Positions 30,842 to 43,618 of a stretch of 64,000 bases of DNA are shown here, piece after piece. Every line of letters starts with the position of its first letter. Positions within the stretch are counted from its first letter, which is position 1. Source of the DNA: Paludibacteraceae bacterium (GTDB taxonomy: Bacteria; Bacteroidota; Bacteroidia; Bacteroidales; Paludibacteraceae); NCBI GenBank assembly GCA_017456885.1, contig JAFTIM010000004.1, positions 188,851 through 252,850 on the forward strand. Direction: 5' to 3'. The position numbers and the translations under genes were made by a program. Below the pieces are notes generated by a model. It did not search any database, was not told the DNA's origin, and saw only the letters and a list, made by a program, of their open reading frames with translations.

Positions 30842-32782
30842 ATGATAAAAGTAACTTTTCCTGATGGTTCCTCACGCGAATATGCAAAAGGAACAACCGC
30901 TTTCCAAATAGCAGAAAGCATTAGTCCGCGTTTGGCAGCCGATGTATTGGTTGCAAGTGTCAACAACAACATTTATGAACTCAACAGACCCATTAACTCC
31001 GATTGCTATATCAAGCTGCACAAATGGGACGACAACGAAGCCAAGCATACGTTTTGGCACACATCGGCGCATTTAATGGCAGAAGCGCTGCAAGAGTTAT
31101 ATCCAAACATCAAATTCGGAATCGGTCCTGCCATCGAAAACGGTTTTTACTACGATGTTGATTTAGGTGATGATGTCATCAAAGAGAGTGATTTTGCAAA
31201 AATTGAGGCAAAAATGGCTGAATTGGTAGCAAAAGGGGAATCGCTTACCAGAAAAGAAATTTCTAAAAGCGATGCTTTGGCAATGTTCTCTCAACGAAAC
31301 GAAACCTACAAAACCGAACTTATCGAAGAACTTGAAGACGGCACAATTTCGACTTACACACAAGGTTCGTTTACCGACCTTTGCCGGGGACCTCATCTTG
31401 TATCAACAGCGCCTATAAAAGCTATTAAAATTTTAAGTGTAGCCGGTGCTTATTGGCGTGGAGATGAGAAGCGCAAGCAACTCACTCGTCTTTATGGAAT
31501 TACATTCCCGAAGAAAAAAATGCTTGATGAATACCTAACTCTTTTGGAAGAGGCAAAAAAACGCGACCATCGAAAAATAGGGAAAGAGATGGAGTTGTTT
31601 ATGTTTACCGAAATGGTGGGCAAAGGGTTACCTATTTGGTTGCCAAAAGGTACCGCATTAAGACTTCGTTTGGAAGACTTTCTGAAAAAAATTCAGAAAC
31701 GCTTTGGTTATCAACAAGTAATGACACCACACATCGGGAACAAACAACTATATGTAACCTCAGGGCATTGGGACCACTATGGCAAAGACAGTTTCCAACC
31801 CATCACCACTCCCGAAGAAGGTGAAATTTACCTGTTAAAACCGATGAATTGTCCTCATCATTGCATGATTTACAAAAATGCACCTCGTTCGTATAAAGAT
31901 TTACCTCTGCGTTTGGCGGAATTTGGTACGGTTTATCGTTATGAACAAAGCGGCGAACTTCACGGCTTAACACGAGTTCGCTCGTTTACGCAAGACGATG
32001 CCCACATATTCTGCCGCCCTGACCAAGTAAAAGAAGAGTTCATCAAGGTAATGGACATCATACAAATCATATTCAAGTCGTTGAATTTCGACAAGGTTGA
32101 AGCTCAAATTTCGCTACGCGACCCAAATAACCATGAAAAATACGTAGGAAGCGATGAGGTTTGGGAAAAAGCGGAGCGTGCGATTGTAGAAGCGTGTCAA
32201 GAAAAACACTTGGATGCAAAAGTAGAATACGGAGAAGCCGCATTCTATGGTCCGAAATTGGATTTTATGGTACGCGATGCTATCGGTCGGCGTTGGCAAT
32301 TGGGAACTATTCAGGTTGATTACAACTTGCCGGAACGATTCCAATTAGAATACATGGGAACGGACAATCAGAAACACCGTCCCGTAATGATTCACAGAGC
32401 GCCGTTTGGTTCAATGGAGCGATTTGTGGCGGTATTGATTGAGCATACGGGAGGAAAGTTCCCATTGTGGTTGACTCCCGACCAAGTTGCCATACTGCCC
32501 ATATCCGAAAAATTCAACGACTATGCCCAAGAATTGCAAAAGATATTGGAAGAGAAAGACGTAAGGGCTGTTGTTGACGATAGGAATGAAAAAATCGGTC
32601 GGAAAATACGCGACACCGAACTTAAACGCATTCCTTATATGCTGATTATCGGCGAAAAAGAAGTTGGTACAAAAACTGTTTCTGTTCGCAAACAAGGAGA
32701 AGGCGACAAAGGCACCATGAGTATTTCCGACTTTGCTTCTTACATTAACAAAGAAGTTGAGAGTCAGATGAATGCCTATTGA
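30842..32782 (+). CDS. thrS: Threonine--tRNA ligase
   Basis: TGS domain start ([10 protein letters not shown]), editing-domain HTSAH, and class II motifs ([15 protein letters not shown]). 646 aa. Confidence 0.97.
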   Translation: MIKVTFPDGSSREYAKGTTAFQIAESISPRLAADVLVASVNNNIYELNRPINSDCYIKLHKWDDNEAKHTFWHTSAHLMAEALQELYPNIKFGIGPAIENGFYYDVDLGDDVIKESDFAKIEAKMAELVAKGESLTRKEISKSDALAMFSQRNETYKTELIEELEDGTISTYTQGSFTDLCRGPHLVSTAPIKAIKILSVAGAYWRGDEKRKQLTRLYGITFPKKKMLDEYLTLLEEAKKRDHRKIGKEMELFMFTEMVGKGLPIWLPKGTALRLRLEDFLKKIQKRFGYQQVMTPHIGNKQLYVTSGHWDHYGKDSFQPITTPEEGEIYLLKPMNCPHHCMIYKNAPRSYKDLPLRLAEFGTVYRYEQSGELHGLTRVRSFTQDDAHIFCRPDQVKEEFIKVMDIIQIIFKSLNFDKVEAQISLRDPNNHEKYVGSDEVWEKAERAIVEACQEKHLDAKVEYGEAAFYGPKLDFMVRDAIGRRWQLGTIQVDYNLPERFQLEYMGTDNQKHRPVMIHRAPFGSMERFVAVLIEHTGGKFPLWLTPDQVAILPISEKFNDYAQELQKILEEKDVRAVVDDRNEKIGRKIRDTELKRIPYMLIIGEKEVGTKTVSVRKQGEGDKGTMSISDFASYINKEVESQMNAY

Positions 32783-32800
32783 TTATCCACATAAAAACAG

Positions 32801-32837
32801 ATGAACGAAGGAGCATTTTTTTAATGCCTTCGTTCAT
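32801..32837 (+). terminator. Hairpin terminator after thrS
   Basis: ATGAACGAAGG...CCTTCGTTCAT is a perfect 11-bp stem with an inner GCATT/AATGC extension. The T-tail is weak. Confidence 0.5.
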
Positions 32838-32856
32838 TTGCATTTAAATCTGATAC

Positions 32857-33609
32857 ATGGAAAACAACAAAATTCTACGCACCGAACATTTGGTAAAAAA
32901 ATACGGAAAACGAACCGTAGTAAACGATGTCTCAATTGAAGTTCATCAAGGAGAAATTGTTGGGCTGTTGGGACCGAATGGTGCCGGTAAAACCACGACT
33001 TTTTATATGACAACGGGGCTTGTCGTTCCCAACAAGGGACACATCTATCTTGACGATGTGGACATTACCAAATATCCTGTTTATAAAAGAGCACGTGCCG
33101 GCATCGGTTATTTGGCACAAGAAGCCTCTGTTTTCCGTAAAATGAGTGTAGAAAACAACATTCGTGCCGTATTGGAAATGACCAATTTTTCGAAAGAGTA
33201 TCAGAAAGAGAAACTCGAAAGTCTGATAGAAGAATTTCATCTCGGACATGTACGCAAAAACATCGGCGACCGACTTTCGGGAGGCGAACGTCGAAGAACA
33301 GAAATTGCCCGTTGCTTGGCTATCGAACCGAGTTTTATTATGTTAGACGAGCCTTTTGCAGGTGTAGACCCTATTGCGGTGCAAGACATTCAGGATATTA
33401 TTTGGAAACTGAAGGACAAAAACATCGGTATTCTGATAACCGACCACAACGTTGACGAAACCCTTTCTATTACCGACAGGGCTTATATGCTTTTCGACGG
33501 AAAAATATTTTTTCAAGGAACAGCCGAAGAATTATCCTCAAATCCGATTGTTCGCGAGAAATATTTAGGACGCGATTTCGAACTTAAGAGAAAGAGCAAA
33601 ATCAACTAA
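32857..33609 (+). CDS. lptB: LPS export ABC transporter ATP-binding protein
   Basis: Walker [10 protein letters not shown], signature LSGGERRR, Walker [13 protein letters not shown]. 250 aa. Confidence 0.9.
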   Translation: MENNKILRTEHLVKKYGKRTVVNDVSIEVHQGEIVGLLGPNGAGKTTTFYMTTGLVVPNKGHIYLDDVDITKYPVYKRARAGIGYLAQEASVFRKMSVENNIRAVLEMTNFSKEYQKEKLESLIEEFHLGHVRKNIGDRLSGGERRRTEIARCLAIEPSFIMLDEPFAGVDPIAVQDIQDIIWKLKDKNIGILITDHNVDETLSITDRAYMLFDGKIFFQGTAEELSSNPIVREKYLGRDFELKRKSKIN

Positions 33610-33637
33610 TTTATTCATGATTTTTAACATAAAAATC

Positions 33638-33645
33638 TATATTTG
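33638..33645 (+). promoter_or_regulatory. Bacteroidetes -7 promoter box (TATATTTG) for the DUF349 gene
   Basis: Exact TAnnTTTG, 25 nt upstream of the ATG at 33670. Confidence 0.4.
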
Positions 33646-33669
33646 CAAAAAATAAGATAATACGAAATT

Positions 33670-35433
33670 ATGGAATCGACAGACAACAAAGCAATCACAG
33701 AAAAAGAAGAACCATTGGAGACTGTTGAAAATCAAGTCGAAGAACTTTCAGCGAAAGACGACAATGAGGTGATAATGGATTATTTCTCATTGGAACTGAC
33801 CGACTTAATCAATCACTTGAAAAGTGTTGTTGAAAAAGCCCCAACTACCGATGTAAAAAACGAGGTTGAAACCATAAAAGTCGCTTTTTATAAAAAGCAC
33901 AAAGCCATTGTCGAAAAGCAAAAAAGAGATTTTGTCGAACAAGGTGGCGACGAAGAAGCTTTTGTTCCTCAAAGTAGCGACATTGATGAAATTTTCAAAG
34001 AACTGCTAAACGAATACAAAAAAATTAAAGCTGCACAAAAAGAAGCCGAAGACAAAATCATTGCAGAAAATTTAGAAAAAAAGCAGTCCATCATAGAGCA
34101 ACTTAACTCGCTGATTGAAAGCAATGCCGACATTAACGAAACCATATCCGAATTTAGGCGTTTGACTCAAGAGTGGAGAAACATCGGAAAAGTAGCACCT
34201 GAATTTGCGAATGAAATTTGGAAACGTTATAATATTCTGCAAGAGAAATTCTACGATTTGATAAAAATAAACAATGAGTTGCGAGAATACGATTTCAAAA
34301 AGAACTTGGAACAAAAGACCGTTCTTTGCGAAAAAGCCGAAGCATTGGACAACGAGAAAAACATCATTTCAGCCTTTCAGCAATTGCAATTATTACACGA
34401 AGAATGGAAAAACATCGGTCCTGTAGCAAAAGAGTTGCGAGAAAGCATTTGGGAACGATTTAAAGTTGCCTCCGGCATTATCAACAAAAAGCACCAACAA
34501 TATTTTGAAGACATAAAAGCGAAAGAGAAAGAGAATTTGAGTAAAAAAATCTTATTATGCGAAGCCGTAGAAAACACCGATTTAACCTCTCTTTCGACTT
34601 TCAAGCAATGGGACGAGGCAAGCGAACATATCTTAAAACTTCAAGAGGAATGGAAAAGCATCGGTTTTGCACCTCGAAAAGATAATGTAAAAATTTATGA
34701 ACGATTCAGAACTGCTTGTAATAACTTCTACAAACAGAAAAGTCTGTTTTTCAAAACCTTAAAAGACGATTTCTCGAACAATCTAAAACAAAAAGAGGCT
34801 CTTTGCGAACAAGTAGAGAAGTTGAAAGATAGTACGAATTGGAACGAAACAACAAAAAAAATAACCGATTTACAAAAGGAATGGAAAAACATCGGACAAG
34901 TTCAAAAGAAATACTCCGATGCTGTTTGGAAGCGTTTCTCAGAGGCATGTGATTATTTCTTCCAACAACGAAACGAAGCGTTAAAATCAAAAAAAGAAGA
35001 AGAAAACAGCAATCTTGCTGCAAAGAAGGATTTGATTGAACGGCTTAAAAATTGCGTATTGACAGGCAATGATGACAACGATTTAAGTACTATTCAGGCT
35101 TTTGAAAAAGAGTGGAATGAAATAGGACACATTCCTTTTAAAGTAAAGGATAAAATTTTTGATGAATACAAAAATGCGTTAAATTCTCTATATGCAAAAA
35201 TCAAGAAAACAGATAAAAAAGCCCGCAATATACTCTCTATGAACAGAAATCAACTGCTTAGGCTTTACAATACGTTGCAAAATGAGATAAAAACTTACGA
35301 AAACAACATCGGCTTCTTTGCCAACTCAAAAAAAGCGAACAAAGTGGTTGCCGATCTTCAACACAAAATAGAACGTTTAAAAAAAGAGGTCGAAGATATT
35401 GTAAAACGTATCGAAGAATTAGACGAACAATAA
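33670..35433 (+). CDS. DUF349 repeat protein
   Basis: Five repeats of the (Q/E/K)EW(K/R/N)xIG motif (QEWRNIGKV, EEWKNIGPV, EEWKSIGFA, KEWKNIGQV, KEWNEIGHI). 587 aa. Confidence 0.8.
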   Translation: MESTDNKAITEKEEPLETVENQVEELSAKDDNEVIMDYFSLELTDLINHLKSVVEKAPTTDVKNEVETIKVAFYKKHKAIVEKQKRDFVEQGGDEEAFVPQSSDIDEIFKELLNEYKKIKAAQKEAEDKIIAENLEKKQSIIEQLNSLIESNADINETISEFRRLTQEWRNIGKVAPEFANEIWKRYNILQEKFYDLIKINNELREYDFKKNLEQKTVLCEKAEALDNEKNIISAFQQLQLLHEEWKNIGPVAKELRESIWERFKVASGIINKKHQQYFEDIKAKEKENLSKKILLCEAVENTDLTSLSTFKQWDEASEHILKLQEEWKSIGFAPRKDNVKIYERFRTACNNFYKQKSLFFKTLKDDFSNNLKQKEALCEQVEKLKDSTNWNETTKKITDLQKEWKNIGQVQKKYSDAVWKRFSEACDYFFQQRNEALKSKKEEENSNLAAKKDLIERLKNCVLTGNDDNDLSTIQAFEKEWNEIGHIPFKVKDKIFDEYKNALNSLYAKIKKTDKKARNILSMNRNQLLRLYNTLQNEIKTYENNIGFFANSKKANKVVADLQHKIERLKKEVEDIVKRIEELDEQ

Positions 35434-35453
35434 GTTCATCCCAAATCATTTTT

Positions 35454-35488
35454 AATAAGCATATAGAAATATATGCTTATTTTGTTTT
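35454..35488. terminator. Bidirectional terminator between convergent genes
   Basis: AATAAGCATATA-GAAA-TATATGCTTATT hairpin followed by TTTGTTTT. Confidence 0.6.
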
Positions 35489-35517
35489 AAAAAGGAGAGA
35501 GAAACGTTTTTAGGGTT

Positions 35518-36450
35518 TTATTCTTTACCCGAAAGTTGTTTCAGAAAAAATGCGGTATAAACTTTTGCACCATCATCATTCAAATGAGTCAGGTCGTTAA
35601 AGTATTCTGCATGTTCAAAAAAGAGTGGAATTTGCGTATTATCCATAAACACTGCTCCATATTCATCGCAAAGTTGTTGCATTTTTTCTTTCGAATAGTT
35701 TTTCCCCTCTTTTAATGTATATTTCGGAGAATCCACTACCACCATTCTGACTCCTTTTTCTTTTGCTCGTGCAAGCACAGAGCGAAATCGTTCTATTTTC
35801 GTTTCACTAAGTTGCTGATATCGTACACCTCTCGTTTCCAACACTAAAGGCGATTTTAATGTTTTCAGTTTCAACGGAAAATATCCCTTGATAGTTTCGT
35901 CAACAAAATTATCGCGCCCTATATAACGCGATACAATTCGATGAATAACGGAATTGTATTTATATAAATTGCTTGTCAGACGTATGTACTCCGTCCACGG
36001 AAGTTCTTCCCTTATTGTTTGTTTTACCCATTTGTTGCAATTATAGTACGGATACAGATTCTCCAAAGGGTCCTTATCTTCTTCAAAAAGATAGTCAACT
36101 CCATTCTCCCAAATAATAAGTTTCGGTACGTAACGGTCAAGTATTGAATTTATCACACAACAATTATAACTGAAAAAACACCCATCGCGCCCTACATTGT
36201 AAGCAGGCATACAGAAACTATCCTCCACCATCTGCGTAACATAATGATGAGCAGCTCTCGAAGAACCGACAATCACTATCGGAGCATTAACATCGTTCAA
36301 CGAAAAATACGTTTTACCGGTATCCCCTTGGTTACTGATTTGCGGAAGCATCCAATGTATTGTTCTCCCTACAACAAAGTCGATAGCAACAACCATTAAA
36401 AGCACGATAATAATTGATGTCAAGAAATTTTTTAAGCCTTTTTTCATCAT
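35518..36450 (-). CDS. SGNH/DltD/AlgJ-like extracytoplasmic acyltransferase partner of the MBOAT protein
   Basis: N-terminal TM anchor, GSSRA (GDS-like) block and a C-terminal DLTHLNDDGA (DxxH) block. It lies directly downstream of the MBOAT gene. 310 aa. Confidence 0.6.
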   Translation of the reverse strand: MMKKGLKNFLTSIIIVLLMVVAIDFVVGRTIHWMLPQISNQGDTGKTYFSLNDVNAPIVIVGSSRAAHHYVTQMVEDSFCMPAYNVGRDGCFFSYNCCVINSILDRYVPKLIIWENGVDYLFEEDKDPLENLYPYYNCNKWVKQTIREELPWTEYIRLTSNLYKYNSVIHRIVSRYIGRDNFVDETIKGYFPLKLKTLKSPLVLETRGVRYQQLSETKIERFRSVLARAKEKGVRMVVVDSPKYTLKEGKNYSKEKMQQLCDEYGAVFMDNTQIPLFFEHAEYFNDLTHLNDDGAKVYTAFFLKQLSGKE

Positions 36451-36453
36451 CCA

Positions 36454-37876
36454 TCAAAATTGAAAGTAAATAAAAGAACCGCTATTGAGAACTCCAAAGG
36501 CAAGGATATAGCAAATCAACAAGGCAGCTGTAATATACCTCACCACTCCATATTTTGAGCTCAACAAATGAATATCTAAATCTTTTTCTTTCACAAAATC
36601 GTAAGCAAAAACTATTGTCATAGCAAGAAAAGCCAGCAACAATGTATTACCATCAAAAAACGGCATACCAAACTCTGTAAATATCTTTCGGAAGACAATC
36701 ATTACTTGCTCCATATCATTGATACGGAAAAAAATCCAAGCGAAATTGACAATTGTAAATGTCAGAAAAAGCCGTAATACATTTGCAAATGAAAATTTAT
36801 CGGAAATAGTCTTTATTCTTTCAGCATATATCAGTCGTTCTATTACCATACAAACACCATGAATGACTCCCCAGACAAGAAAAGTATATGCTGCCCCATG
36901 CCACAAACCACTCACGACAAAAACAATCATTGTATTCAATATCCAACGTACTCTGCTACAACGATTTCCTCCCAGCGAGAAATAGATGTAATCCCTAAAC
37001 CAAGTAGTAAGCGAAATATGCCATCGTCTCCAAAAATCGGTTACTGTTTTTGCAAAATACGGACGAAGAAAATTTGTCTGTAAATCGATACCCAACAATT
37101 TGCCTGAACCAATAGCCATTAGCGAATATCCGGCAAAATCGGCATAAATTTGAATAGTATAAAGTATCGAAGTAAAAAATAAGGTTGTACCGTTGTGTTG
37201 AGCAATATTTTCATATACGGTATCTACATAAATGCCCAAACGGTCAGCCAAACACAACTTCATCCCCCCCCCCCAATAGCATTGATTTACAACCAATTAC
37301 AATCTTACCATTATTAAAAGCGCGGGGTAAAAAATACTGAGGCAATTGTTTTTGCGCCCGACTGATAGGTCCACTGAGAATGCTTGGAAAAAACATCACA
37401 TAAGCCAAATATGCCAATACATCATGTGTAGGTTTTATCTTTTCGCGATACACATCAATGCTATAACTCAATGCTGTGAAAGTATAAAAACTAATGCCTA
37501 TCGGTAGTAAGATGTTTAAAGAATGAACATTTACATGTATTCCAAAAAGAGAGAATGTATCTATAAATGCCTGAACAAAAAAATTAAAATATTTGAAAAA
37601 GAACAAGATACCGATATTCAACACGATGGTAGCTACTGACAATACCTTTCGCCACTGCTTATTCGCTGTTCTGTCCATAAAATATCCTGTGAGAAAAGTG
37701 GAGAAAGCCGTCAAAAACAATAATCCGAGGAAACGCCAACTCCACCAACCATAGAAGACACTACTCGCCAACACAATCAGTAGGTTTTGAGCATTTTTAC
37801 TCCTACGACAAACAGTCCAATAAAAAACAAAAACAACGAAAAGTAAAATTAAATACTCAACAGATTGAAATACCAT
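36454..37876 (-). pseudogene. MBOAT family O-acyltransferase (AlgI/DltB-like), frameshifted at a homopolymer
   Basis: Two overlapping ORFs (37244-37876 N-terminal part, 36454-37296 C-terminal part with WRRWHISL and GLWHGA motifs) together give about 490 aa. The frames switch exactly at the C11 run at 37264-37274. Confidence 0.85.
37264..37274. repeat. Homopolymer C11 (G11 on the coding strand) inside the MBOAT gene
   Basis: Counted directly: catCCCCCCCCCCCaatagc. A G10 or G13 tract would give a continuous ...SMLLGGGMKLCLADRLGIY... frame. Confidence 0.95.
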
Positions 37877-37999
37877 ACATCATAAATTTTCGTGCAAATA
37901 TATGTTAAATACAAAACATATCCATTTCTCTCTATCAAAAAAAGGGAATCTGCACATAAGCGAATTAGTGCTTTTTAAAAATATATCATACTTTTTCGT

Positions 38000-38007
38000 T
38001 ACCTTTG
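38000..38007 (+). promoter_or_regulatory. Bacteroidetes -7 promoter box (TACCTTTG) for valS
   Basis: Exact TAnnTTTG, 26 nt upstream of the ATG at 38033. Confidence 0.4.
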
Positions 38008-38032
38008 CAAACAATTTTAACCTTTTTATAAA

Positions 38033-40660
38033 ATGGAATTAACAAGCAAATACAACCCTCAAGATATTGAACAAAAATGGTATCAATATTGGTTAGACCA
38101 TAAATTGTTTGCATCGAAACCCGATGGGCGCGAAGCCTATACGGTGGTTATTCCGCCGCCAAACGTTACGGGCGTACTCCACATGGGGCACATGCTGAAC
38201 GAAACGATTCAGGACATTTTGGTGCGCCGTGCCCGCATGATGGGATTCAACGCCTGCTGGGTGCCCGGCACCGACCACGCCTCCATTGCCACCGAAGCCA
38301 AAGTGGTGAACCGATTGGCACAGCAAGGCATCAAAAAAGCCGACCTCACACGCGAGCAATTTTTGGAACACGCCTGGGATTGGACCAACGAACACGGCGG
38401 CATCATTCTGAAACAGTTGCGCCGGCTGGGCGCTTCGTGCGATTGGGACCGCACGGCATTCACCATGGACGAAAAACGCAGCGAAAGCGTCATCAAAGTA
38501 TTTTGCGACCTGTATCGCAAAGGTCTAATTTACAGAGGTGTACGAATGGTAAATTGGGACCCGAAAGCCATGACTGCCCTATCGGACGAAGAGGTCGTTT
38601 ACAAGGAAGAACACTCGAAACTCTACTATCTGCGCTACAAAGTGGAAGGCGATGCCGAAGGGCGGTATGCCGTAGTGGCAACCACACGTCCCGAAACCAT
38701 TATGGGCGACACGGCGATGTGTATCAACCCGAACGACCCGAAAAACACGTGGCTGAAAGGGAAACGCGTCATCGTGCCGTTGGTTGGTCGCGTCATTCCC
38801 GTCATCGAAGACGACTATGTGGACATCGAATTTGGTACAGGCTGCCTGAAAGTAACGCCCGCACACGATGTGAACGACTACATGCTGGGCGAAAAATACA
38901 ACCTGAAATCCATCGACATATTCAACGACAACGGCACGATAAGCGAAGCCGCCGGATTGTATGTCGGCATGGACCGATTTGAGGTGCGCAAACAGATAGA
39001 AAAGGATTTGGCAGAAGCCGAATTGCTCGAAAAGGTGGAAGACTACACCAACAAAGTCGGTTTCTCGGAACGCAATCCCGACACCGCCATCGAGCCAAAA
39101 CTCTCGATGCAGTGGTTCCTGAAGATGGAACATTTGGCAAAAATCGCCCTCGACCCCGTGATGAAGGACGACATCAAATTCTATCCGTCGAAATACAAAA
39201 ACACCTATCGTCATTGGCTCGAAAACATCAAAGATTGGTGCATCAGCCGACAGTTGTGGTGGGGACACCGCATTCCGGCCTACTATCTGCCCGAAGGCGG
39301 ATTTGTGGTGGCCGAAACGGCCGAAAAAGCCCTTGCCGCCGCCAAAGCCAAAACGGGCAACGCGGCATTGACTTTGAACGATTTGCGTCAGGACGAAGAT
39401 GCGCTCGACACATGGTTCTCGTCGTGGTTGTGGCCGATTTCGCTGTTCGACGGCATCAACAATCCTGATAACGAGGAGATTAACTACTACTACCCGACTG
39501 CCGATTTGGTGACGGGTCCCGACATCATTTTCTTTTGGGTGGCACGCATGATTATGGCCGGCTACGAGTACAAAGGCACGATGCCGTTCCGCAACGTCTA
39601 TTTTACGGGTATTGTGCGCGACAAGTTGGGACGCAAAATGTCGAAACAACTCGGCAACTCGCCCGACCCGCTGCTGCTCATCGAAAAATACGGCGCCGAC
39701 GGCGTGCGCATGGGCATGATGCTGTCGGCACCGGCCGGCAACGATATTTTGTTCGACGAAGCGTTGTGCGAACAAGGACGCAACTTCAACAACAAAATTT
39801 GGAATGCGCTGCGCTTGGTCAAAGGTTGGCAAGTGGCCGACATCGAACAACCCGAATCGGCAAAAATCGCCATCAATTGGTTCGACAGCAAACTATCGGC
39901 CACCATCGAGGAGATTAACGATGATTTCTCGAAATATCGTATCAGCGAAGCGTTGATGACCGTTTACAAACTCTTTTGGGACAACTTCTCGTCGTGGTAT
40001 CTCGAAATGGTGAAACCAGCTTATCAACAGCCGATTGATGCGCAAACCTACGCAGCCACATTGACCTATTTCGAGAAACTGATGTTGTTATTGCATCCGT
40101 TTATGCCGTTCATTACCGAAGAAATTTGGCAAGTGCTCGGTCAGCGCAGCGACGGCGACAGCATCATGGTGGCACAAATGCCTACCGCAAGTCGTGTGGA
40201 CACTACTCTGCTGTCCGATTTCGACATCGTGAAAGAGTTGATTGCCGCCGTGCGTTCGACACGTTTGGCGCGCAACATACCCAACAAAGAGGCTTTGGAA
40301 CTGCACATCGTTACCGGAACGCACCATCACGCATACGACAGCATTGTGCTGAAAATGTGTAACTTAGCAAGCATTTCGCAAGGCGGAAAAGATGCTACTG
40401 CCGCTTCGTTTATGGTACGTACCACCGAATACGCCATTCCGCTTGGCAACAACATCAATGTCGAAGAAGAGATAGCCAAAGCGGAAGCCGAGATAGAATA
40501 TCTGACCGGATTTTTGGCTTCGGTGATGAAAAAACTCGGCAACGAGAAGTTCGTGGCCAATGCCAAGCCTGAAATTGTGACCAACGAGCGCAAAAAACAA
40601 GCCGATGCCGAAAGCAAATTGGCAACGTTGCGTGCGACACTTGCACAGTTGCGCAAATAA
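38033..40660 (+). CDS. valS: Valine--tRNA ligase
   Basis: HMGH (HIGH-type) motif, KMSKQLGN (KMSKS), and a C-terminal coiled coil. 875 aa. Confidence 0.98.
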   Translation: MELTSKYNPQDIEQKWYQYWLDHKLFASKPDGREAYTVVIPPPNVTGVLHMGHMLNETIQDILVRRARMMGFNACWVPGTDHASIATEAKVVNRLAQQGIKKADLTREQFLEHAWDWTNEHGGIILKQLRRLGASCDWDRTAFTMDEKRSESVIKVFCDLYRKGLIYRGVRMVNWDPKAMTALSDEEVVYKEEHSKLYYLRYKVEGDAEGRYAVVATTRPETIMGDTAMCINPNDPKNTWLKGKRVIVPLVGRVIPVIEDDYVDIEFGTGCLKVTPAHDVNDYMLGEKYNLKSIDIFNDNGTISEAAGLYVGMDRFEVRKQIEKDLAEAELLEKVEDYTNKVGFSERNPDTAIEPKLSMQWFLKMEHLAKIALDPVMKDDIKFYPSKYKNTYRHWLENIKDWCISRQLWWGHRIPAYYLPEGGFVVAETAEKALAAAKAKTGNAALTLNDLRQDEDALDTWFSSWLWPISLFDGINNPDNEEINYYYPTADLVTGPDIIFFWVARMIMAGYEYKGTMPFRNVYFTGIVRDKLGRKMSKQLGNSPDPLLLIEKYGADGVRMGMMLSAPAGNDILFDEALCEQGRNFNNKIWNALRLVKGWQVADIEQPESAKIAINWFDSKLSATIEEINDDFSKYRISEALMTVYKLFWDNFSSWYLEMVKPAYQQPIDAQTYAATLTYFEKLMLLLHPFMPFITEEIWQVLGQRSDGDSIMVAQMPTASRVDTTLLSDFDIVKELIAAVRSTRLARNIPNKEALELHIVTGTHHHAYDSIVLKMCNLASISQGGKDATAASFMVRTTEYAIPLGNNINVEEEIAKAEAEIEYLTGFLASVMKKLGNEKFVANAKPEIVTNERKKQADAESKLATLRATLAQLRK

Positions 40661-40708
40661 ATTTGCAAAATAACGTTTGACATTTCGACATAACATGTCA
40701 AACAACTT

Positions 40709-40781
40709 GGGGAATTAGCTCAGTTGGTAGAGCATTTGGTTCGCAATCAAAGGGTCGTCGGTTCGAGTCCGATATTCTCCA
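40709..40781 (+). tRNA. tRNA-Ala (anticodon CGC)
   Basis: GGGGAATTAGCTCAGTTGGTAGAGCATTTGGTTCGCAATCAAAGGGTCGTCGGTTCGAGTCCGATATTCTCCA. The G3:U70 Ala identity pair is present. Anticodon loop TTCGCAA, 73 nt, no encoded CCA. Confidence 0.9.
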
Positions 40782-40791
40782 CAATACACAT

Positions 40792-40816
40792 AAAATCAGA
40801 CAATTATCTGATTTTT
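40792..40816 (+). terminator. Terminator after tRNA-Ala
   Basis: 9-bp stem (40792-40800 with 40807-40815), loop CAATTA, then a T-run. Confidence 0.5.
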
Positions 40817-41534
40817 ACTTTATGGTAATAAACAGAAACAGCGAAACAGCAATCATCAATAGAGCAACCGCTTTTTGGTATTTTTTCTTGTCGATATGAC
40901 GAATAAAATGCATGGCGATGGCATTTCCAAACATCATAGCACAACCGATACCAAAACCTTCGGCAAAAACTGTCAGATTCATAAGTTGTAACTTGCCATA
41001 CACCACAATTTTAACAATATGCATAGCTGCCGCCGCAGTAGCTTCGCTGGCAATATAAGCCACCGGCAACAAATCGAGCGACAAGAAAACGGCACTACTT
41101 AACGGACCTGAAATGCCAAGCAATCCATTTAACCCGCCTGTCAATCCTCCTCCAAGCAGCATCGTCAAACGGGACTTTGGCAAGCGTATTTTACCACTGA
41201 TTTTCAGAATTGCAAAAACAATGAGTCCAATACACAAAACCCTTGTCATCAATGCCTTATCGACAACTGCAAAACCGATTGCACCCAATGCCGTACAAGG
41301 AAGCGCCACCAACAAGAACCAACCAACCGACTTCCATTCGATGGACTTCCACCCTATTGCTATACGCGACAAATTACTCAACAATTGTGCAATAGTAGAA
41401 ACCGGAACTGCCACTTCTACCCCATAGAAATAGGTGATGACAGGCAAAAGAATCATACCACCTCCAAAGCCGACAGCACCGGAAAGCATACCGGCTACAA
41501 ATCCCACAATCAATAAAACGACAAGCTGCATCAA
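40815..41534 (-). CDS. TauE/SafE family sulfite exporter-like membrane protein
   Basis: 239 aa, about 7 TM helices, glycine-rich repeats GFGGGMILLPV and GGLNGLLGISGP. Confidence 0.8.
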   Translation of the reverse strand: MMQLVVLLIVGFVAGMLSGAVGFGGGMILLPVITYFYGVEVAVPVSTIAQLLSNLSRIAIGWKSIEWKSVGWFLLVALPCTALGAIGFAVVDKALMTRVLCIGLIVFAILKISGKIRLPKSRLTMLLGGGLTGGLNGLLGISGPLSSAVFLSLDLLPVAYIASEATAAAAMHIVKIVVYGKLQLMNLTVFAEGFGIGCAMMFGNAIAMHFIRHIDKKKYQKAVALLMIAVSLFLFITIK

Positions 41535-41601
41535 TTCGTTTCTTTTAAATGTTTAATCAAAATAATAAACACATCGTACTACAACGCTCATCAGCAGTTT
41601 A

Positions 41602-41910
41602 TTATTCGTTACAATTTTCGTGGCCGTATGCCATTATGTCCACACGATTATTTACGACTTTTATACCCTCTGCCTGCAAACGGCGTTTCTGTTCCTCAAT
41701 ACCGCCAAACGCATACGAAGGACTCAAAAATCCTTGTGCATTTACAACCTTATAGCAAGGATTTTCTTCTGGGTCTTGATTTTTATGCAAAATATTTCCT
41801 ACTACACGAGCAAGGTTTTTGTTTCCCAAACGCTTGGCTATCTGTCCGTAGGTCATCACCCTGCCATACGGTATTTCGCGTAATATACTATAAATGTTCT
41901 CCGAAAGCAT
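41602..41910 (-). CDS. MGMT-family DNA-binding domain protein (methylated-DNA--protein-cysteine methyltransferase-like)
   Basis: IPYGRVMTYGQIA helix-turn-helix. The active-site-like PCYKVV replaces the canonical PCHRVV, with Cys retained. Start trimmed to MLSENIY. Confidence 0.75.
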   Translation of the reverse strand: MLSENIYSILREIPYGRVMTYGQIAKRLGNKNLARVVGNILHKNQDPEENPCYKVVNAQGFLSPSYAFGGIEEQKRRLQAEGIKVVNNRVDIMAYGHENCNE

Positions 41911-41953
41911 CGTTGCAAAGATACGGCAGTTTGCTCTAAACAACAAAAATCAC

Positions 41954-41961
41954 TACCTTTG
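41954..41961 (+). promoter_or_regulatory. Bacteroidetes -7 promoter box (TACCTTTG) for the ABC-F gene
   Basis: Exact TAnnTTTG, 40 nt upstream of the ATG at 42001. Confidence 0.4.
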
Positions 41962-41997
41962 CACTCCTTTTTTGAGAAACTTTTTATTAAATATTGA

Positions 41998-43617
<1,620 letters not shown>

Positions 43618-43618
43618 G

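Noticed and set aside
32783-32791. Perfect DnaA box TTATCCACA downstream of thrS (and a near-match TTATCAACA at about 18524 upstream of dnaB) as a sign of oriC
   Set aside because: These are single isolated boxes. There is no cluster, no AT-rich unwinding element, and no dnaA/dnaN context.
38579-39850. 423-aa ORF antisense to valS (and several 100-200-aa ORFs in both directions within 38.1-40.7 kb)
   Set aside because: It is embedded in the GC3-rich valS coding region and has no motifs. This is a typical stop-codon-poor antisense frame in GC-rich DNA.
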